Positions 1 to 12,586 of a DNA stretch of 64,000 nt are shown piece by piece. The notes below the pieces were generated by a model that was given only the letters and a program-made list of their open reading frames with translations, was not told the origin of the DNA and did no database searches. How positions within the stretch are numbered: position 1 is the first letter of the stretch; every line of letters begins with the position of its first letter. This stretch comes from Bugula neritina (Eukaryota; Animalia; Bryozoa): assembly GCA_964035545.1 (NCBI GenBank), contig OZ037766.1, forward strand, positions 23,362,767 to 23,426,766, given 5' to 3'. The position numbers and the translations under genes were made by a program.

Positions 1-3000
1 TCTTTGCTGGCGTCAACTGCTTCAGTAATTAAATTTCTAGAATCGAGAGCATTCTCAAACATTAAAGTGTCCATTTCATTGGTATTTGCTTTAGAAGCTT
101 GGAAACATGGATTATCCCAGCTATAATCAATTGGGTAATCTGTATTAGCTGAAGATGCATTTTCAGAAGCACGAACACACATAGGAGAGACTACATTTTT
201 TGAACATGTTTGGGCTGTGTTACGCAATCTGTTGAATGTTTGAGAAAGTGCAGACCTGGAAATGTTATTAGGCATTTCATCAAATGTCTGAGAATGCAAC
301 AATTCTGGTTTCTCACCATTTCTAGCCATCCCTGTTGAGGTCTCCACCATTAGCTCATAGGGGTTGCCTATTTCGTGTTCGTCACTTTGTGAACTAGAGT
401 GAAGCTCATCACTCGTATAGGAGTTGATCATACAACGTGGGACAATTCTTGGAGCAGTCACATGCAACTCTTCAGCAGTTGACTCATACTCTGGAGGGCA
501 TCGAATAACGTTGTCTTTGAATGAGTCAACTGATTCATTATTCGAATTTCCATGAGCGATGGTGCTTTCGATCATCGAATTGACGGTTCTCTCATTGTTG
601 GCTGTTGAAGCCTGCGAAAAAAAATCACCCTTTTTATAATCAACTAGTTTTTTTGTATGAGCAGCATACGTAGCTTCTGTAGCACAAACATTCCTAGGAT
701 CTGCTACACCCTTTGAGCATGCTTTGGCTGTGTTGTTCAGTCTATTGATCATTAGAGAAAAGACGGATCCGGCATTGTTTTTAGGCCTTCCTAATTCATC
801 ATTTTCAACAATAGGTCTGGCATCAGTTGATTGAAAATGCAACAAGTTTGGTATATTGCTATTACTTGCTATTTGTGAAGCAGGCTCAACCGTTGTTTTA
901 TAGGAGATGCCTGGTTTGTGTTCGTCACCCTGAGAACTAGATTGGAGCTCATCGCTTGTACAAGAGTAATTAACGGTAAGTCGGGCAACTGTTGGAGTGG
1001 CTTTGTATAACTCTTCAGCATTAGACTTATATTTCAGCTGGCTAGAAATAACGTCATCTGTAGAAGCGTCAATTGTTTCAGTATTTACCATTGCGGGTTC
1101 GAAAGTGTTTACAAAAATTGAATCGTCCGCGCTATTGACATTTGCTTTAAATGCTTGCGAAAGTGCATCATCCCAATTATAATCAACTTGATTATTTGTG
1201 TGAGCTGAAGAGGAAGTTTTTGAAACAAAATTGCGCATAGGGGCATGTACTTGCGACGTTTTAGCATTAGACTGACTTTTATGCATACTAGGAATAATAT
1301 TATCTTTGAAATAGTTCGGTGGTTCAATGAGCTCTTTTTTGGCATCCAATGTGTTTTCGACAATTAAATTGTCCGCTCTGTTTTCAGTTGCTTTAAAATC
1401 CATTAAAAGTGGATCATCCCAACTACAATCAACCAGATCACTTAAAGTAGCTTCAGATAGAGTTTTCGATGCACTAATGTCTATAGGGGTGCTTACTTGT
1501 GACTTTTTGGCCTTAGACTTATATTCACGGATACGAGGAACCATATTATCGTTGAAAGAGTAAAATCGGTCAATATTATCATTTTTTGAATCAAAAGTGT
1601 TTTCGACACTTGAATTGTCAGATCTGCTATTTGCTTTAACATCCATGGAAAGTATATCATCCCAGCTATAGTCCACTAGTTTGTTTGCACAAACTGAAGA
1701 TGGAGATTCCAAAGCACCGAAGTGCGTAGGGGCATTTACATGAAATCCTTTAGCAGTAGACTCATACTCCGGCGAGTTAGGAACAAAGCCCTCTTTGCAG
1801 GAATCAGCTGCTTCAGACTTTGAACTTCTGAGATAGAACGTGTTTTCAGAAATTGAGTTTTCTGCACTATTGACATTTGATTTAAATGCTGGCGAAAGTG
1901 TATCACACCAACTATAATCAACTGGGTTATCTGTGTGAGCTGAAGAGGGAGTTTCTGAAGCACTATTTTGCATAGGGGCATTTACTTGTGAATCTTTAGC
2001 ATTAGAGTGATATTCAGGTAGTCTAGGAATCACAATCTCTTTGGAGCAGTTAACTGGTTCAATAACTTCTTTTTTAGCATCAAATGTGTATTCGGCAATT
2101 AATTTGTCAGCTCGAGTTTTAGTTTCTTCAAAGTCTATTAAAAGTGTGTCATCCCAACTATAATCAACTAGGTTATTTGTATTAGGCAAAGAGGGTGTTT
2201 CTGAAGCACAACTATGCATAGGGGCATTTACCCGTGACTTTTTAGCATTAAATTGATATTCTTGTAGCCTAGGAACCATATTGCTGAAAGAGTGAACTAA
2301 GTCAATATTTACATTTTTAGGATCGAAAGCGTTTTCAAAAATTAAACTGTCAACTTTGGTATTTGCTTCAAAGTCCTTCAAAAGTGGGTCATCCCAACTA
2401 CAGTCAACTTGTTCAAATGTAAGAGCTGAAGATGGAGGTTCTGAAGCACCAAAGTGCATAGGAGCATTTACATGTAACCTTTTTGCAGTGGACTGGTGTG
2501 CTGTAGGGTTCGGAATAACATCATCTTTAGAAGAATCAGCTGCTTTAGAATTTGCATTTCTAAGATAGAAAGTGTTTTCAAAAATTGAGTTTTCTGCACT
2601 ATGGACATCTACTTTAAATGCTTGCGAAAGTGTATCACACCAACTATAATCAACTGGGTTATTTGTGTGAGCTGAAGATGGAGTTTCTGAAGCACTATTT
2701 TGCATAGGGACATTTACTCGTGGATTTTTAGCATTAGACTGATATTCAGGTAGTCTAGGAATCGCGATATCCTTGGAGCAGTTAACTGGTTCAATGACCT
2801 CATTTTTAGCATCAAATGTGTATTCGGCAATTAATTTGTCCGCTCGACTTTTATTTTCTCTAAAGTCTATCAAAAGTGTGTCATCCCAACAATAATCAAC
2901 TGGGTAATTTGTATGAGCTGAAGAGGGCGTTTCTGAAGCACAATTATGCATAGAGGCATTTACTCGTGAATTTTTATCTTTAGATTGAGATTCTTGTAGC

Positions 3001-5204
3001 CTAGGAACCAGATTGTTGAGGGAGTGAGCTACTGAGTCAATATTCACAATTTCAGGATTGAAAGCGTTTTCAACAATCAAACTCTTTGCTTTGTTATTAG
3101 CTTTAAAGTCCTCCGAAAGTGGATCATCCCAACTACAATCAACTAGTTTATATGTAAGAGCTGGAAATCGCGTTTTCGAAGCATCAAAGTGCATAGGGGT
3201 ATTTACATGTAACCCTTCAGCGGTGGACTGATGTTCTAGAGGACTAACAATAGCATTATCGTTGAAATAGTCAACATGCTCAACAATGGCGTTTCTAAGA
3301 GTGGTAGTCTTTCCACTAATTAAATTACCCGCTTCGTTGTTGGCCCTCAAAGTCTGCAAAAGTGAATCATCTTCTTCATAATTAACCAGGTTATTCTCAT
3401 GAGCTGAAACTGGAGGATCTAAAACACGAACACGCTTAGGAGGTGCTACATCCTTTGAGTATGTTTGAGCTGTGTTGTGCAAACTGTAGGCCATTTGAGA
3501 AGATGCAGATCTGGCATTATTTTTAGGCATCTCAAGTTCATCAATTTTTACAGTTTGTCTATCATCAGATGATTGAAGTCTCAACAGTTCTGGTATTTCA
3601 CCATTTCTAACCATCTCAGAAGCGATCTCCACCATTCTTTTATATGAGATGCCTGGTTCATCTTCGTCACTCTGAGAAAGAGAGTGGAGCTCATCACTCA
3701 TACACAAATTATTAACACTGCGCTGGCCATTTCTTCGAGCAGTCTTGTCTAACTCATCAATAGTGGACTGATATTCCGGAGGGCTAAGAACAACATTTTC
3801 TTTAGAAGCATCTACTGGTGCAATAATGGCAGATTCAGGATTCAAAGCATTATCATCGATTTCTGTTTTCGCTCTGTTGTTAGTTAGTTTAAAATCATCC
3901 CAACAACAATCAACTAGGCTATTTGCAAGAGTTGTAAATGGAATTCCCGAAGCACCAACATTCGTAGGGGCAGTTACTTGTAGTTTTTCTGCAGTAGACT
4001 GATATTCTGGAGGGCTAGGAATAACATCGTCTATCGAGGAATCAATTGACTCAGTGTTCACATTTCTTGGATTCAAGGCTTTTTGAGAAAGTGAATTTTC
4101 CGCCTTATTGACATTTAATTTAAAAGCTTGTGAAAGTGGCTCATCCCAACTACAATCAAGTGAGTTAATTGATTGAGCTGAAGATGGAATTTCAGAGGCA
4201 CAAATATGCATGGGATCAGCATTGTCTTCTTTTGAGCATGTTTGGGCTGTGCTGCTCCATTTGCTGGCCACTTGAGAACAGGCAGATCTGTCGGCTTTTT
4301 TGGACATCTCCAATTCATACTTTTCGACAATTTCTTTGGCATCAGATAATTGGAAATATGATAATTCTGGTATATCACTGGTCTTTTCTGAAACAAGCGC
4401 CAACATTGTTTCAGGAGAGATCCGTGCTCTGATGTTTTGATTTTCAGATGTAGAGTGGAGCTCATCACACATACAACATTTTACAACACCACTTGGGGCA
4501 ATTGTTGGAGCATTTACATGTAACTCTCCAGCATTGGACTGATCTTCTGGAGAGTTAGTAGGAACACTATCTTTGAATGAGTCAGGTGGTGCAATAATCA
4601 CATTTTTAGGATTGAAAGAATTTTTGGTGAGTAAGCTGCTCACTCTCTTATTGGTTGCTTCCCAGGCCTGTGGAAATGACTCAGCGCTACCACAATCCAT
4701 TAAGTTTTTTGTCGAAGCCAAAGATGTATATTTTGAAGTACCCCTTTGCCTAGAATCTGCTGCATTATTTGAGCCCGTTTGGGTTTTGTTAGATAATATG
4801 TTGGCCTTCAGAGAAAAGGCAGTTTTGGAGTCATTTATAGGTAGCTTAATTTCCTCATCAGGAATTGACATATTAGCTCTGTTAGAGCTTATGGTACGAG
4901 CCGGCAAAAGAGATAAATCAACTTTTCCGGGAGGATCACCAAAGTGCTTAGACGATTCCAAATTGTTGAAAGTGTCGGTTCTGGCTGTGCTCTGTAAAAC
5001 AGCCTCAGTACAAGAATGATCACAAGAGGTGAAACCCTCAGAATTATCAGAGTTGGCGTCAACTTGAACATTAGCAAGTGGCGTGGCTGATGGCAGTGTG
5101 GAGCTCTTTGACAAGTCATCAACTTCAAACAACTTTGCCACTTGATCCACAGAGAGACAAGTATTGTCAACATTGCATTGTATTGCAAGTTTTTTGCTGG
5201 CCAT
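1..5204 (-). CDS. Paralog A: giant coding exon of an uncharacterised repeat-rich, low-complexity protein (MASKKLAIQCNVDN..., at least 1734 aa, continues past the window edge)
   Basis: ATG at 5204 in GTTATGG context with an in-frame TGA 12 nt upstream; splice acceptor tttacag| at 5307/5306. The frame is consistent from the ATG to position 1 (AVDASKD) and the ORF track lists no stop-terminated ORF in this frame. Colinear and roughly 95% identical by eye to paralog E apart from one 1077-bp in-frame indel. Confidence 0.85.
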   Translation of the reverse strand, partial: MASKKLAIQCNVDNTCLSVDQVAKLFEVDDLSKSSTLPSATPLANVQVDANSDNSEGFTSCDHSCTEAVLQSTARTDTFNNLESSKHFGDPPGKVDLSLLPARTISSNRANMSIPDEEIKLPINDSKTAFSLKANILSNKTQTGSNNAADSRQRGTSKYTSLASTKNLMDCGSAESFPQAWEATNKRVSSLLTKNSFNPKNVIIAPPDSFKDSVPTNSPEDQSNAGELHVNAPTIAPSGVVKCCMCDELHSTSENQNIRARISPETMLALVSEKTSDIPELSYFQLSDAKEIVEKYELEMSKKADRSACSQVASKWSSTAQTCSKEDNADPMHICASEIPSSAQSINSLDCSWDEPLSQAFKLNVNKAENSLSQKALNPRNVNTESIDSSIDDVIPSPPEYQSTAEKLQVTAPTNVGASGIPFTTLANSLVDCCWDDFKLTNNRAKTEIDDNALNPESAIIAPVDASKENVVLSPPEYQSTIDELDKTARRNGQRSVNNLCMSDELHSLSQSDEDEPGISYKRMVEIASEMVRNGEIPELLRLQSSDDRQTVKIDELEMPKNNARSASSQMAYSLHNTAQTYSKDVAPPKRVRVLDPPVSAHENNLVNYEEDDSLLQTLRANNEAGNLISGKTTTLRNAIVEHVDYFNDNAIVSPLEHQSTAEGLHVNTPMHFDASKTRFPALTYKLVDCSWDDPLSEDFKANNKAKSLIVENAFNPEIVNIDSVAHSLNNLVPRLQESQSKDKNSRVNASMHNCASETPSSAHTNYPVDYCWDDTLLIDFRENKSRADKLIAEYTFDAKNEVIEPVNCSKDIAIPRLPEYQSNAKNPRVNVPMQNSASETPSSAHTNNPVDYSWCDTLSQAFKVDVHSAENSIFENTFYLRNANSKAADSSKDDVIPNPTAHQSTAKRLHVNAPMHFGASEPPSSALTFEQVDCSWDDPLLKDFEANTKVDSLIFENAFDPKNVNIDLVHSFSNMVPRLQEYQFNAKKSRVNAPMHSCASETPSLPNTNNLVDYSWDDTLLIDFEETKTRADKLIAEYTFDAKKEVIEPVNCSKEIVIPRLPEYHSNAKDSQVNAPMQNSASETPSSAHTDNPVDYSWCDTLSPAFKSNVNSAENSISENTFYLRSSKSEAADSCKEGFVPNSPEYESTAKGFHVNAPTHFGALESPSSVCANKLVDYSWDDILSMDVKANSRSDNSSVENTFDSKNDNIDRFYSFNDNMVPRIREYKSKAKKSQVSTPIDISASKTLSEATLSDLVDCSWDDPLLMDFKATENRADNLIVENTLDAKKELIEPPNYFKDNIIPSMHKSQSNAKTSQVHAPMRNFVSKTSSSAHTNNQVDYNWDDALSQAFKANVNSADDSIFVNTFEPAMVNTETIDASTDDVISSQLKYKSNAEELYKATPTVARLTVNYSCTSDELQSSSQGDEHKPGISYKTTVEPASQIASNSNIPNLLHFQSTDARPIVENDELGRPKNNAGSVFSLMINRLNNTAKACSKGVADPRNVCATEATYAAHTKKLVDYKKGDFFSQASTANNERTVNSMIESTIAHGNSNNESVDSFKDNVIRCPPEYESTAEELHVTAPRIVPRCMINSYTSDELHSSSQSDEHEIGNPYELMVETSTGMARNGEKPELLHSQTFDEMPNNISRSALSQTFNRLRNTAQTCSKNVVSPMCVRASENASSANTDYPIDYSWDNPCFQASKANTNEMDTLMFENALDSRNLITEAVDASK

Positions 5205-5863
5205 AACATTGGCTCACGCTGGGGTAATTTCAAAAAGGCTACTTAACCAAGTATATGCTTAACACAATCAGAGTGTTTCAAAGTAGAAGCAGCCTGTGTC
5301 AGCTGTCTGTAAATAAAGATACAAAATACAAAATATTAGTACAATTTTTTACACAGCATTACCCAACTATTTTTAAAAGAAAAACACAAGAAATTCTTTT
5401 TGGGATTATTAAAAATTACAATGAGTAAACAGCAGACACTGACAGCCGACAGGTATCATACACAGCCTTTAACAAGGGGTTACTTAAATTTAGAACAATG
5501 GTTCCCAACCCTTTTTATACTATTTCCCCCTTCTATAAAGGTTGACTAATAGTTCACCTCTACCCTCCTCACCCCCCCTCGTTTGAAGAGCAAGAATATT
5601 TTATGACCTAATGAATCAAAATATATGAAACAGTGCAATATATTTTGTTCTATTATATTTGCATATAATTTAATTATCATAATAGTAATTATATTATTGT
5701 TATTTTATTGTTATAAACACAGAGCAGGTCGCTTATTAATGTTGCAGTTTCAGTTGACGCTTCTGTGCCAGCTTGCCTAAGCCTGGCTCTGTTTTTAACT
5801 AGGCCCATCTTGAGTCACTCTGTAGGTTTAGGCAATTTCTTTTCTCTTTGAATTGATGAGAAT

Positions 5864-6895
5864 TGTTGTATTACTCTATTACTATTATTATAATCACACT
5901 TTGGGGTCATATTACTATATGAGTTTTGTAGCAAACCAAATAAAACTTCACTTCCTGTTAAACAATCCAACATTGTGGCAGCAGTGTTTTCTGCTAACAG
6001 ATTATCTCAGAGTATTAATTCACACATTGTGACTTTGTGCCAGGCCATCCACTATCGTTATTGAACTCAAACATGTCTCAACTTTGACTTCCAGCAAAAT
6101 TTGACTTTGTGAGTAAAAAGGTTTTAGCATACTTCGTACCAAAAAATGTCATTCATTTACGTAGCATGTTCCATGCAAGGACACAGAAACTTGAGGAGTC
6201 TATTAAAACTTTTATAAGAGAACTCTATAGATAAAGTATAGACTGTGAACTTGGTACAGAGAAAGATAATGCCATAATATACAGGCTAGTAGTTAGTTTG
6301 ATCAATAAAGAGTTCTCAACCAAACTGCAACTACAATATGATTTAGACCTAGCTAAGGCAATATCAATATCAAGACAACATGAGGAGATAACACAAGAGA
6401 TTACCAAGCAAGTGCAGGTCAATGCAGTATTGTTTTGACATTATAACCCAACTAGTACTACCACACCATCACATCACAGCAGACAGCGCAGACACTCACA
6501 CACTCGAGAAGTAAGAGGCCAGAGAAGTTACCAGCATAACACCAGTTCTAGTAGTAATAATACACCACCACTTAACCATCACCATGTAGTCAACTGCAAT
6601 AACAGTGATTCCAGTCATAGACATAAACAGTGCCTTGCATATGGCAAACAGTGCCACTATTGTAAGAAACAGAATTACCTCTCCAAATTCTGCAAGACCC
6701 GTAAGATGGCACAACAGAAGAGCGCATCAGAATTAGTCAACGATGGAGATATAGACTATTAATCAATATTTTCTATCTGAATGCAGTCACCATCATATGT
6801 GACAATGGCAAGCTTTGGTATGTAAACATTCCTGTAAATGGCTCTAATGTACAATTTAAGGTAGACACTGAGGCAGACGTAACAGTGTTATCAAA
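5864..6895 (+). mobile_element. Degenerate Ty3/Gypsy 5' half: 109-bp LTR (5864-5972), PBS-like site, gag and protease remnants
   Basis: TGTTG...CAACA LTR containing AATAAA, followed by ttgtggcagcagtg (resembles a tRNA-Leu PBS). Remnant peptides CLAYGKQCHYCKKQNY..KFC (Zn knuckle) and VQFKVDTEADVTVL (protease). The same LTR recurs at 58225-58333. Confidence 0.75.
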
Positions 6896-6913
6896 AAAGA
6901 GCAAATAGAAAAG

Positions 6914-7985
6914 GGTTACTAGTCAATATTCCGAAGGCCCATTGCTCCGAAGGTCCATTATTCCGAAGGTGCATTAGTCTGAAAATTAGTTGATATAATA
7001 TTATATCACTGAGAATATCATAAATTTCACTCACAATCTTGCTATATTATTGCTATAGCTGTGGGTGGCTAGCATGTGGCTTACTTGTAAATTTTTAGCC
7101 TGAGATTACACTATGATTCTGCCTCAATTAAGGGCTGCATCATCTATCAACATTCTATAAACTAAGTACACAGCAAGTTATCCACTAGCTTGTCAGCTAG
7201 CAAGCCTGTAATTAGTAATCTATGCATTAGTATCTCCTCATCTCCAAGTGTTCACTGAAGTATGAAGTGTTGTGCAAGGGTGATATAATAAGTATTTTTA
7301 TTTCACAGTTTATATAAAAATAACAGCTAGAGGCAATGAACTCAAAATATCCAGTTCAATGGCTATAGTGACTGCAATTCTATTCTAGCTACAGTCAATC
7401 AGCTTATATAGGCCCTTCATATGTTGACTACTAACTGAAAAACTAAAAAAATATTAAAGCCAAGCTAACATTTTGGGTTTACTGTACTGTATTTATGATA
7501 AGCTTAATAAAAGTTTACCTCATGTTTTATAAAAAATAGTTTGAATTTGAAGTTGGCGTCAAAAAATTATTGGTATTGAATAAAATAGTAAATTTCTGGC
7601 TTGGCAGTTAATTATTTGATATCGCATATTTAAGCTCTAAGATTATCTGTAAGCTGCGTAATTGCATTATTCTATGCTATTATTCCTAATATCAGTAAAT
7701 GCAAGCATTGATAAAAACAAAAAATAATAAACATCTTGGAAGCTACTCTAAAATTGAATAACCAAAGCTGCACACTAAACCAAACAACTCCACAAGATAT
7801 GTAAATGAGGGCAACATTATTAGTATATAAGAATTCAGGTCCGCCAAATAAAATCTCACCTGAACTAAAATTTGAAAACCATGTTGTAGATTTTCCTTTT
7901 TTAGACTAATGCACCTTCGGACTAATGCACCTTTGGACTAATGCACTTTCAAAGCAATGCACCTTCGGAATATTGCTCCGTCTCC
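6914..7985. mobile_element. Non-autonomous Mutator-like (MULE) foldback element
   Basis: 9-bp TSD ATAGAAAAG at 6905-6913 and 7986-7994; GG...CC termini; inverted subterminal ~20-bp tandem repeats (ccgaaggtgcattagt / actaatgcaccttcgg). The paralogous site near 58485 is empty. Confidence 0.8.
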
Positions 7986-8680
7986 ATAGAAAAGTAAGTA
8001 AAAATGGCACACTGATGTTAAATTTTTCTAAGCGTAAACTCCAAACCCTTCACTCCAAATCCCCAATCCTTGAACCCAAACCCCTACGCCCAACTCAAAA
8101 CCTCACCCACCAACTCCAGAACCCCAAGTACAAACCCAAAATGTGCACCTGAAACCTCTCTTTCAAACCCCAAGCCCCCACTCCAATATTGGAAAACGTG
8201 TGCCATATTTACCTACTTTTCTATTTGTGCCATTATATTACCTGTACCAATTCTACTAGACACCACCCAAAATACATCAATTGGAGAAGATTTTAAACCA
8301 TCCTTCATTGCTGAATTGTGAACAAACTCAATGAAATCATCCTCTAAAAACTTTCAACAGATCATTGCAATGGGTTACATGTCAAGTTAAAAATCTAACT
8401 CTTTCTTTTTGAGAAGTATAGCTCAGAGAAATACCCTTAAAATTCCAATAAAATTTCAAAGAGATGCCCAGAAGTGTTTTAGAAAAAGAATCTGAACCAG
8501 GTAGTTTCCGGTAGAATTGGCACAGGGAATAATGGCACAAATAAAAAGTTAAGTAAAAATGGGACAATTCCAATATTACCATTGAAGATTTGAGTTGGGG
8601 GCTAAGCATTCAGCATGGGGGGTTTGGAAGGTTCGGAAAATTTAACACCAGTGAATGATTTTTATCTAAAATTTGAGCAG
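7986..8680. mobile_element. Foldback-type non-autonomous DNA element remnants (aaaaatggcaca subterminal repeats, AAACCC-rich core)
   Basis: aaaaatggcaca repeats at about 7995 face inverted tgtgccatattt repeats at about 8200-8250; a second degenerate copy lies at 8500-8680; homologous to 58430-58668. Confidence 0.55.
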
Positions 8681-9268
8681 ATTGTTTTCCTATAACAGTT
8701 TATTGAGTGTGAGGAAAGACACCATGTTTTGGAAAGAAGCGCCACCACTTTAGTGTAACTTTAAGAACATTGCTGCTTCGATAAAAAGCAATAATATGAT
8801 TGAACTCCTGAATTTTTAGGTTCAGGTTATTTAGTGTAGCGAATATATTTACAAGGTATGTAGTATACAGTGCATAGAAAGTTACTTGCATAGCTGCTAA
8901 AAGTTGGCCTTTTGGCTTTTGCAAATTTTTTAACGTCTATTCAAAATGGAACAGAGAATAGTTAGGGTAGATTAATTATTAAACACATCCATGTGAGATT
9001 GCAGAATATGGTTTGGTTAAATAGATGAACTGAAATGAAGATTTATAGATATGCATATAACTTGTAAGAGCTCAAAAAGCCATCAACAACATGCTTGAAT
9101 TTTTCAAAATCCAAATCCCCCAAAATGTCCACACTCTCCCTAGGGGGGAACTCCCCCTAGGTTGAGAATCAGCTAACATAAATATTATCTTTAAAATTTA
9201 ATTGTTGAACTTATAAGTTTGATGAAAATGTGACTCCCAGACAAAAGAATTATAATAATACCTATTAC

Positions 9269-9480
9269 CTCAAGAAAGTGCCACTAGGCAGTAGAGATTT
9301 GCAGTGTATGCAGGTATGAATTGTAATATCATTCACTTCTGTTCAGGTTCAAATAGCGAGTTTAGGAAGAAAGCATCAATCAACATGAAAATATTCAGGT
9401 TCATCCGCGTTATCCCATCAACAATGAATGACATCATCTCTTTATGGCTTCTCATTATATAAAAATGTTTGAAATATTTT
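9269..9480 (-). other. Putative non-coding first exon of paralog A (its 5' boundary is uncertain)
   Basis: Donor TGAG|gt is conserved at the same position upstream of A (9269), B (16093), C (22731) and D (39349); flanking sequence is conserved between copies. Confidence 0.5.
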
Positions 9481-10819
9481 ATGCAAAACATTGCTAGAAA
9501 TTTATCCAGTTAATCTATTATTTGCATAGCTTTCCAAAAAACCTCTTAACATGGCTTGCTAGCTATAGAAGTTGAATTTTTTAAGGATTTACTTTATGTT
9601 GATTAGTAGTAGGGGTAACTGGTGTACAATATGGTCATAGGTGTACAAAAAGCCGCTCAAATTGTGAGAAATGTTATTGAATTTAAGTTGCGATTTTTTT
9701 GAAAAGAAGGCAATGACATAATTATTCAGCCATTATATTTATAACACTTGAAAAACATGCATGTTTTAGAGGCAAGTCAAAATCTATTTTTACCCACAGT
9801 TTGTAAGTGTTTTAAAATGTTGTTAAAGCTTAGTAACTTTTAAATGCTGTTGCTAATAATGCATAATCATGGTATCTACTGTACGTTATAACATTGAAAA
9901 AATATATCAGCATGTATTAAAACAACTTGTGATTTGCTCTTTTTACTCCCCCCCCCCATTTTGCATTCCAGCTGCTGATGATTGCACTGTAATCATATGA
10001 GAATTTAGTACCAGTAAAATACAATCTCACCTAATTGCGCTAAAGTAAATTTAAAAACTATAATGCTGTAGATCTATGTTTTCCACAGTGCAACTTTTTG
10101 GAAAGTTTAGAAAGAAGTTTGAAAAAAATGGAAAAGTGCAGAGAAAAAATCAACTGTTGCATAAGCTAAAAACAGTCAAACCTATTACCGCTTTTCTCTG
10201 TTGCAGTTGAAATATTATGCTAAAGTTTAGAATTCAAGGACAGAAAAATGAATATGCACAATTATAATACAATTATCAAAGCACCAAAAAAACCCTAGCC
10301 TCACTGTGGAACAAAAATTTATCTTATGATTTTTACAAGTAAGAGTGCATGCATCATTTAAACAAGAAGACTAGACTATATTGGAGTTCCTAGCACACTA
10401 TCATATTTATACAAAATAACATTATTTGTTTCTAAAGACGGTAACTTGGGCGGTAACTTTGACAGTTTTGCTTCTTGAACTATCAAAGACACTGGTTCAG
10501 ATTGGCTTTGTCGTCTGAAGGGTTTTGATGGTGTGCTCTTAACAGCTTTACGGTGTTTATAGAACCCGGTGAAGTCATCATCATCACAATCCTCTTGATC
10601 TAAAACCATTTGCTCAGATATCTCACACATGATGCATATAAACAGCAGGTAAGTTCGAATTTTCAGTGAAATAAAGAGCCACTGCTTTCCCTGTCTATAG
10701 AGATATTCTCATGTTGTTTAACTATAGGAGGTTGCAAGAGTATTCTCATGTCATTTTAACATCTCAACAACTTGTAGTTTTTGGTTACCTATGATTGTTA
10801 TTTATGTTTATGTGCTACA

Positions 10820-11760
10820 GAACAGGGGAACCACCCAATTGCTGGACCAAAGTGGTAAAACAGTAATTACAGCAAAGAATAAAACTCTAGAAAAGTTCGC
10901 CAAACATTTTGAACAGTTGCTTATAAATGTGCCAGGGAAAATGAATCAGGAACCCCCTTAACAGTCTTACAAATATGCCACCCAGTTTAAGTCTAGATGA
11001 TATGCCAAAGTTTCGATGAGATACTGGTTGCTATACAGATGCAACCAAAGAGAGTAAAGCTCCTGGAGAATGTGGCATTTTAGCTGGAGTGTGGAAGTAA
11101 AATGTAATCAGGCTTAAAGAAAGACTATAATATGATCTGATTGCTTATATATTGAGTAACCAGAAGGTGCCACAGAATTGGAAAAATGCAAACATTGTGC
11201 CCATTTTTAAACAAAACAGTAGGAAGAACTGTGGAAATTAAAGAAGAATCTCACTTCTGCCTATAGCTGGAAAGATAATGGTCCGTATCATCCTCGACAG
11301 AACCAATGTAAATATAACTCCAGGAATACTTCCAGAGACACAGAGTGGTTTTCGAAACAGCAGGAGCACTATTAATATGATAATTAGCTTTTGCCAAATT
11401 CAAGAGAAATTTGCTGAACAGAACATGAAGCTGTATGCTGTATTCATATACTTTACAAGCGCCTTGGACACAGTATCAAGAAATGGCCTCTGGAAGATAC
11501 TAAAGAAGTTTGGCTTAACTGGGAAAATTATCAACCTAATTAAAGCTCTTCATGCAGGCATGCAAGCCAAGGTAGTGCAAAGTAAAGATGCTTCAATTGT
11601 GAGTTTGCAGTAACCAATAGTGCCAAGCAGGAGTGTGTTCTTGCGCCCACACTGTTTTCATTTTACTCCACCGCTATGCTTGAAATGGCATTTAAAGATG
11701 TAAATGAAGGGATTTATTTTCAAACTCGACATGGGGCTGATCTCTTTGATGAATCTTGAA
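10820..11760 (+). mobile_element. Degenerate RTE-clade LINE fragment (reverse transcriptase region) in the last intron of paralog B
   Basis: ORF 11278..11613 ILPETQSGFRNSRSTINMI..QIQEKFAEQNMKLYAVF..ALDTVSRNGLWKILKKFG followed by a KQECVLAPTLF-like motif, typical of non-LTR RT; multiple stops. Boundaries approximate. Confidence 0.85.
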
Positions 11761-12481
11761 ACTACCACTTTAAGAATAATAAGTTAAAATAATTATTACC
11801 ATAGTTATGTGTTTTGTGCGTCCAGGTATATAGCAAACGGTTAATGCTCTATCCTTGATGCACATAATCTGAGCAGTGTAAAATGTTTGCCTAGAATAAT
11901 AAAATCATGATAAAAGCTTACTTTGACTACGCGGTTGAGCAAAATCTCCAAATAATACTCGCTCTATCTCGATCCTCGCTAAAACAAAGCAATCAACCAG
12001 AAGTTAAGACTGTTCGCACTGAGACATTAGCATGAAAACATAGCTATTGAAATTATCAGCCAAAAAATTAAAACTATGATGAATCAGATATTATGGCAAT
12101 ATACTATATTGCCATAACATTGTCACACTATAACAATATCTTAAACTAACAAACAGCTAATATATCTGATTATTAGGTTCCTCACCTGTGGTAGAGGACA
12201 CTTTAACAGTTTGATGTACAACATTAGTGTCTTTGACGGACTCTGAAAACAAAAAAACAATGGAATATATTAGTACAACATTCTTATCCAAAACGTAGAC
12301 CTTGCCTTGAAGCAGCTACAAAGTAAAAACATAAAATGTAAATCAGATTGAAAACTACAACCGAGAATGTTGCATGAAACATACTTCTTATTTTAAACAG
12401 AACGTACAATTAAAATGTTAATATACAATGCAGAGTAAATTGAAATAATCAATCTGAAACCAGAAATGTTATTTTACCAAC

Positions 12482-12586
12482 CTAAGGGAACAACATGGTA
12501 CATCGGTTTCGCCACAAAATAAGTCACCGGATCCTCCAACCCATCAACAAGCTCTGGAAGAGTGACGGGTTCATTGGCAACTACAT
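12482..12586 (-). CDS. Highly conserved 105-nt exon of paralog B (DVVANEPVTLPELVDGLEDPVTYFVAKPMYHVVPL)
   Basis: ttcag| ... |gttggt, phase 1-1; only 2 differences in 105 nt from each of the copies in D and E. Confidence 0.85.

Noticed and set aside
997-5233. Short antisense and alternate-frame ORFs repeated in A and E
   Set aside because: Shadows of the long coding frame; their recurrence simply reflects the A/E duplication.
8035-8185. Interstitial telomere (AAACCC-rich; also 58530-58668)
   Set aside because: Irregular, not (TAACCC)n, and it is the interior of a dispersed foldback element.
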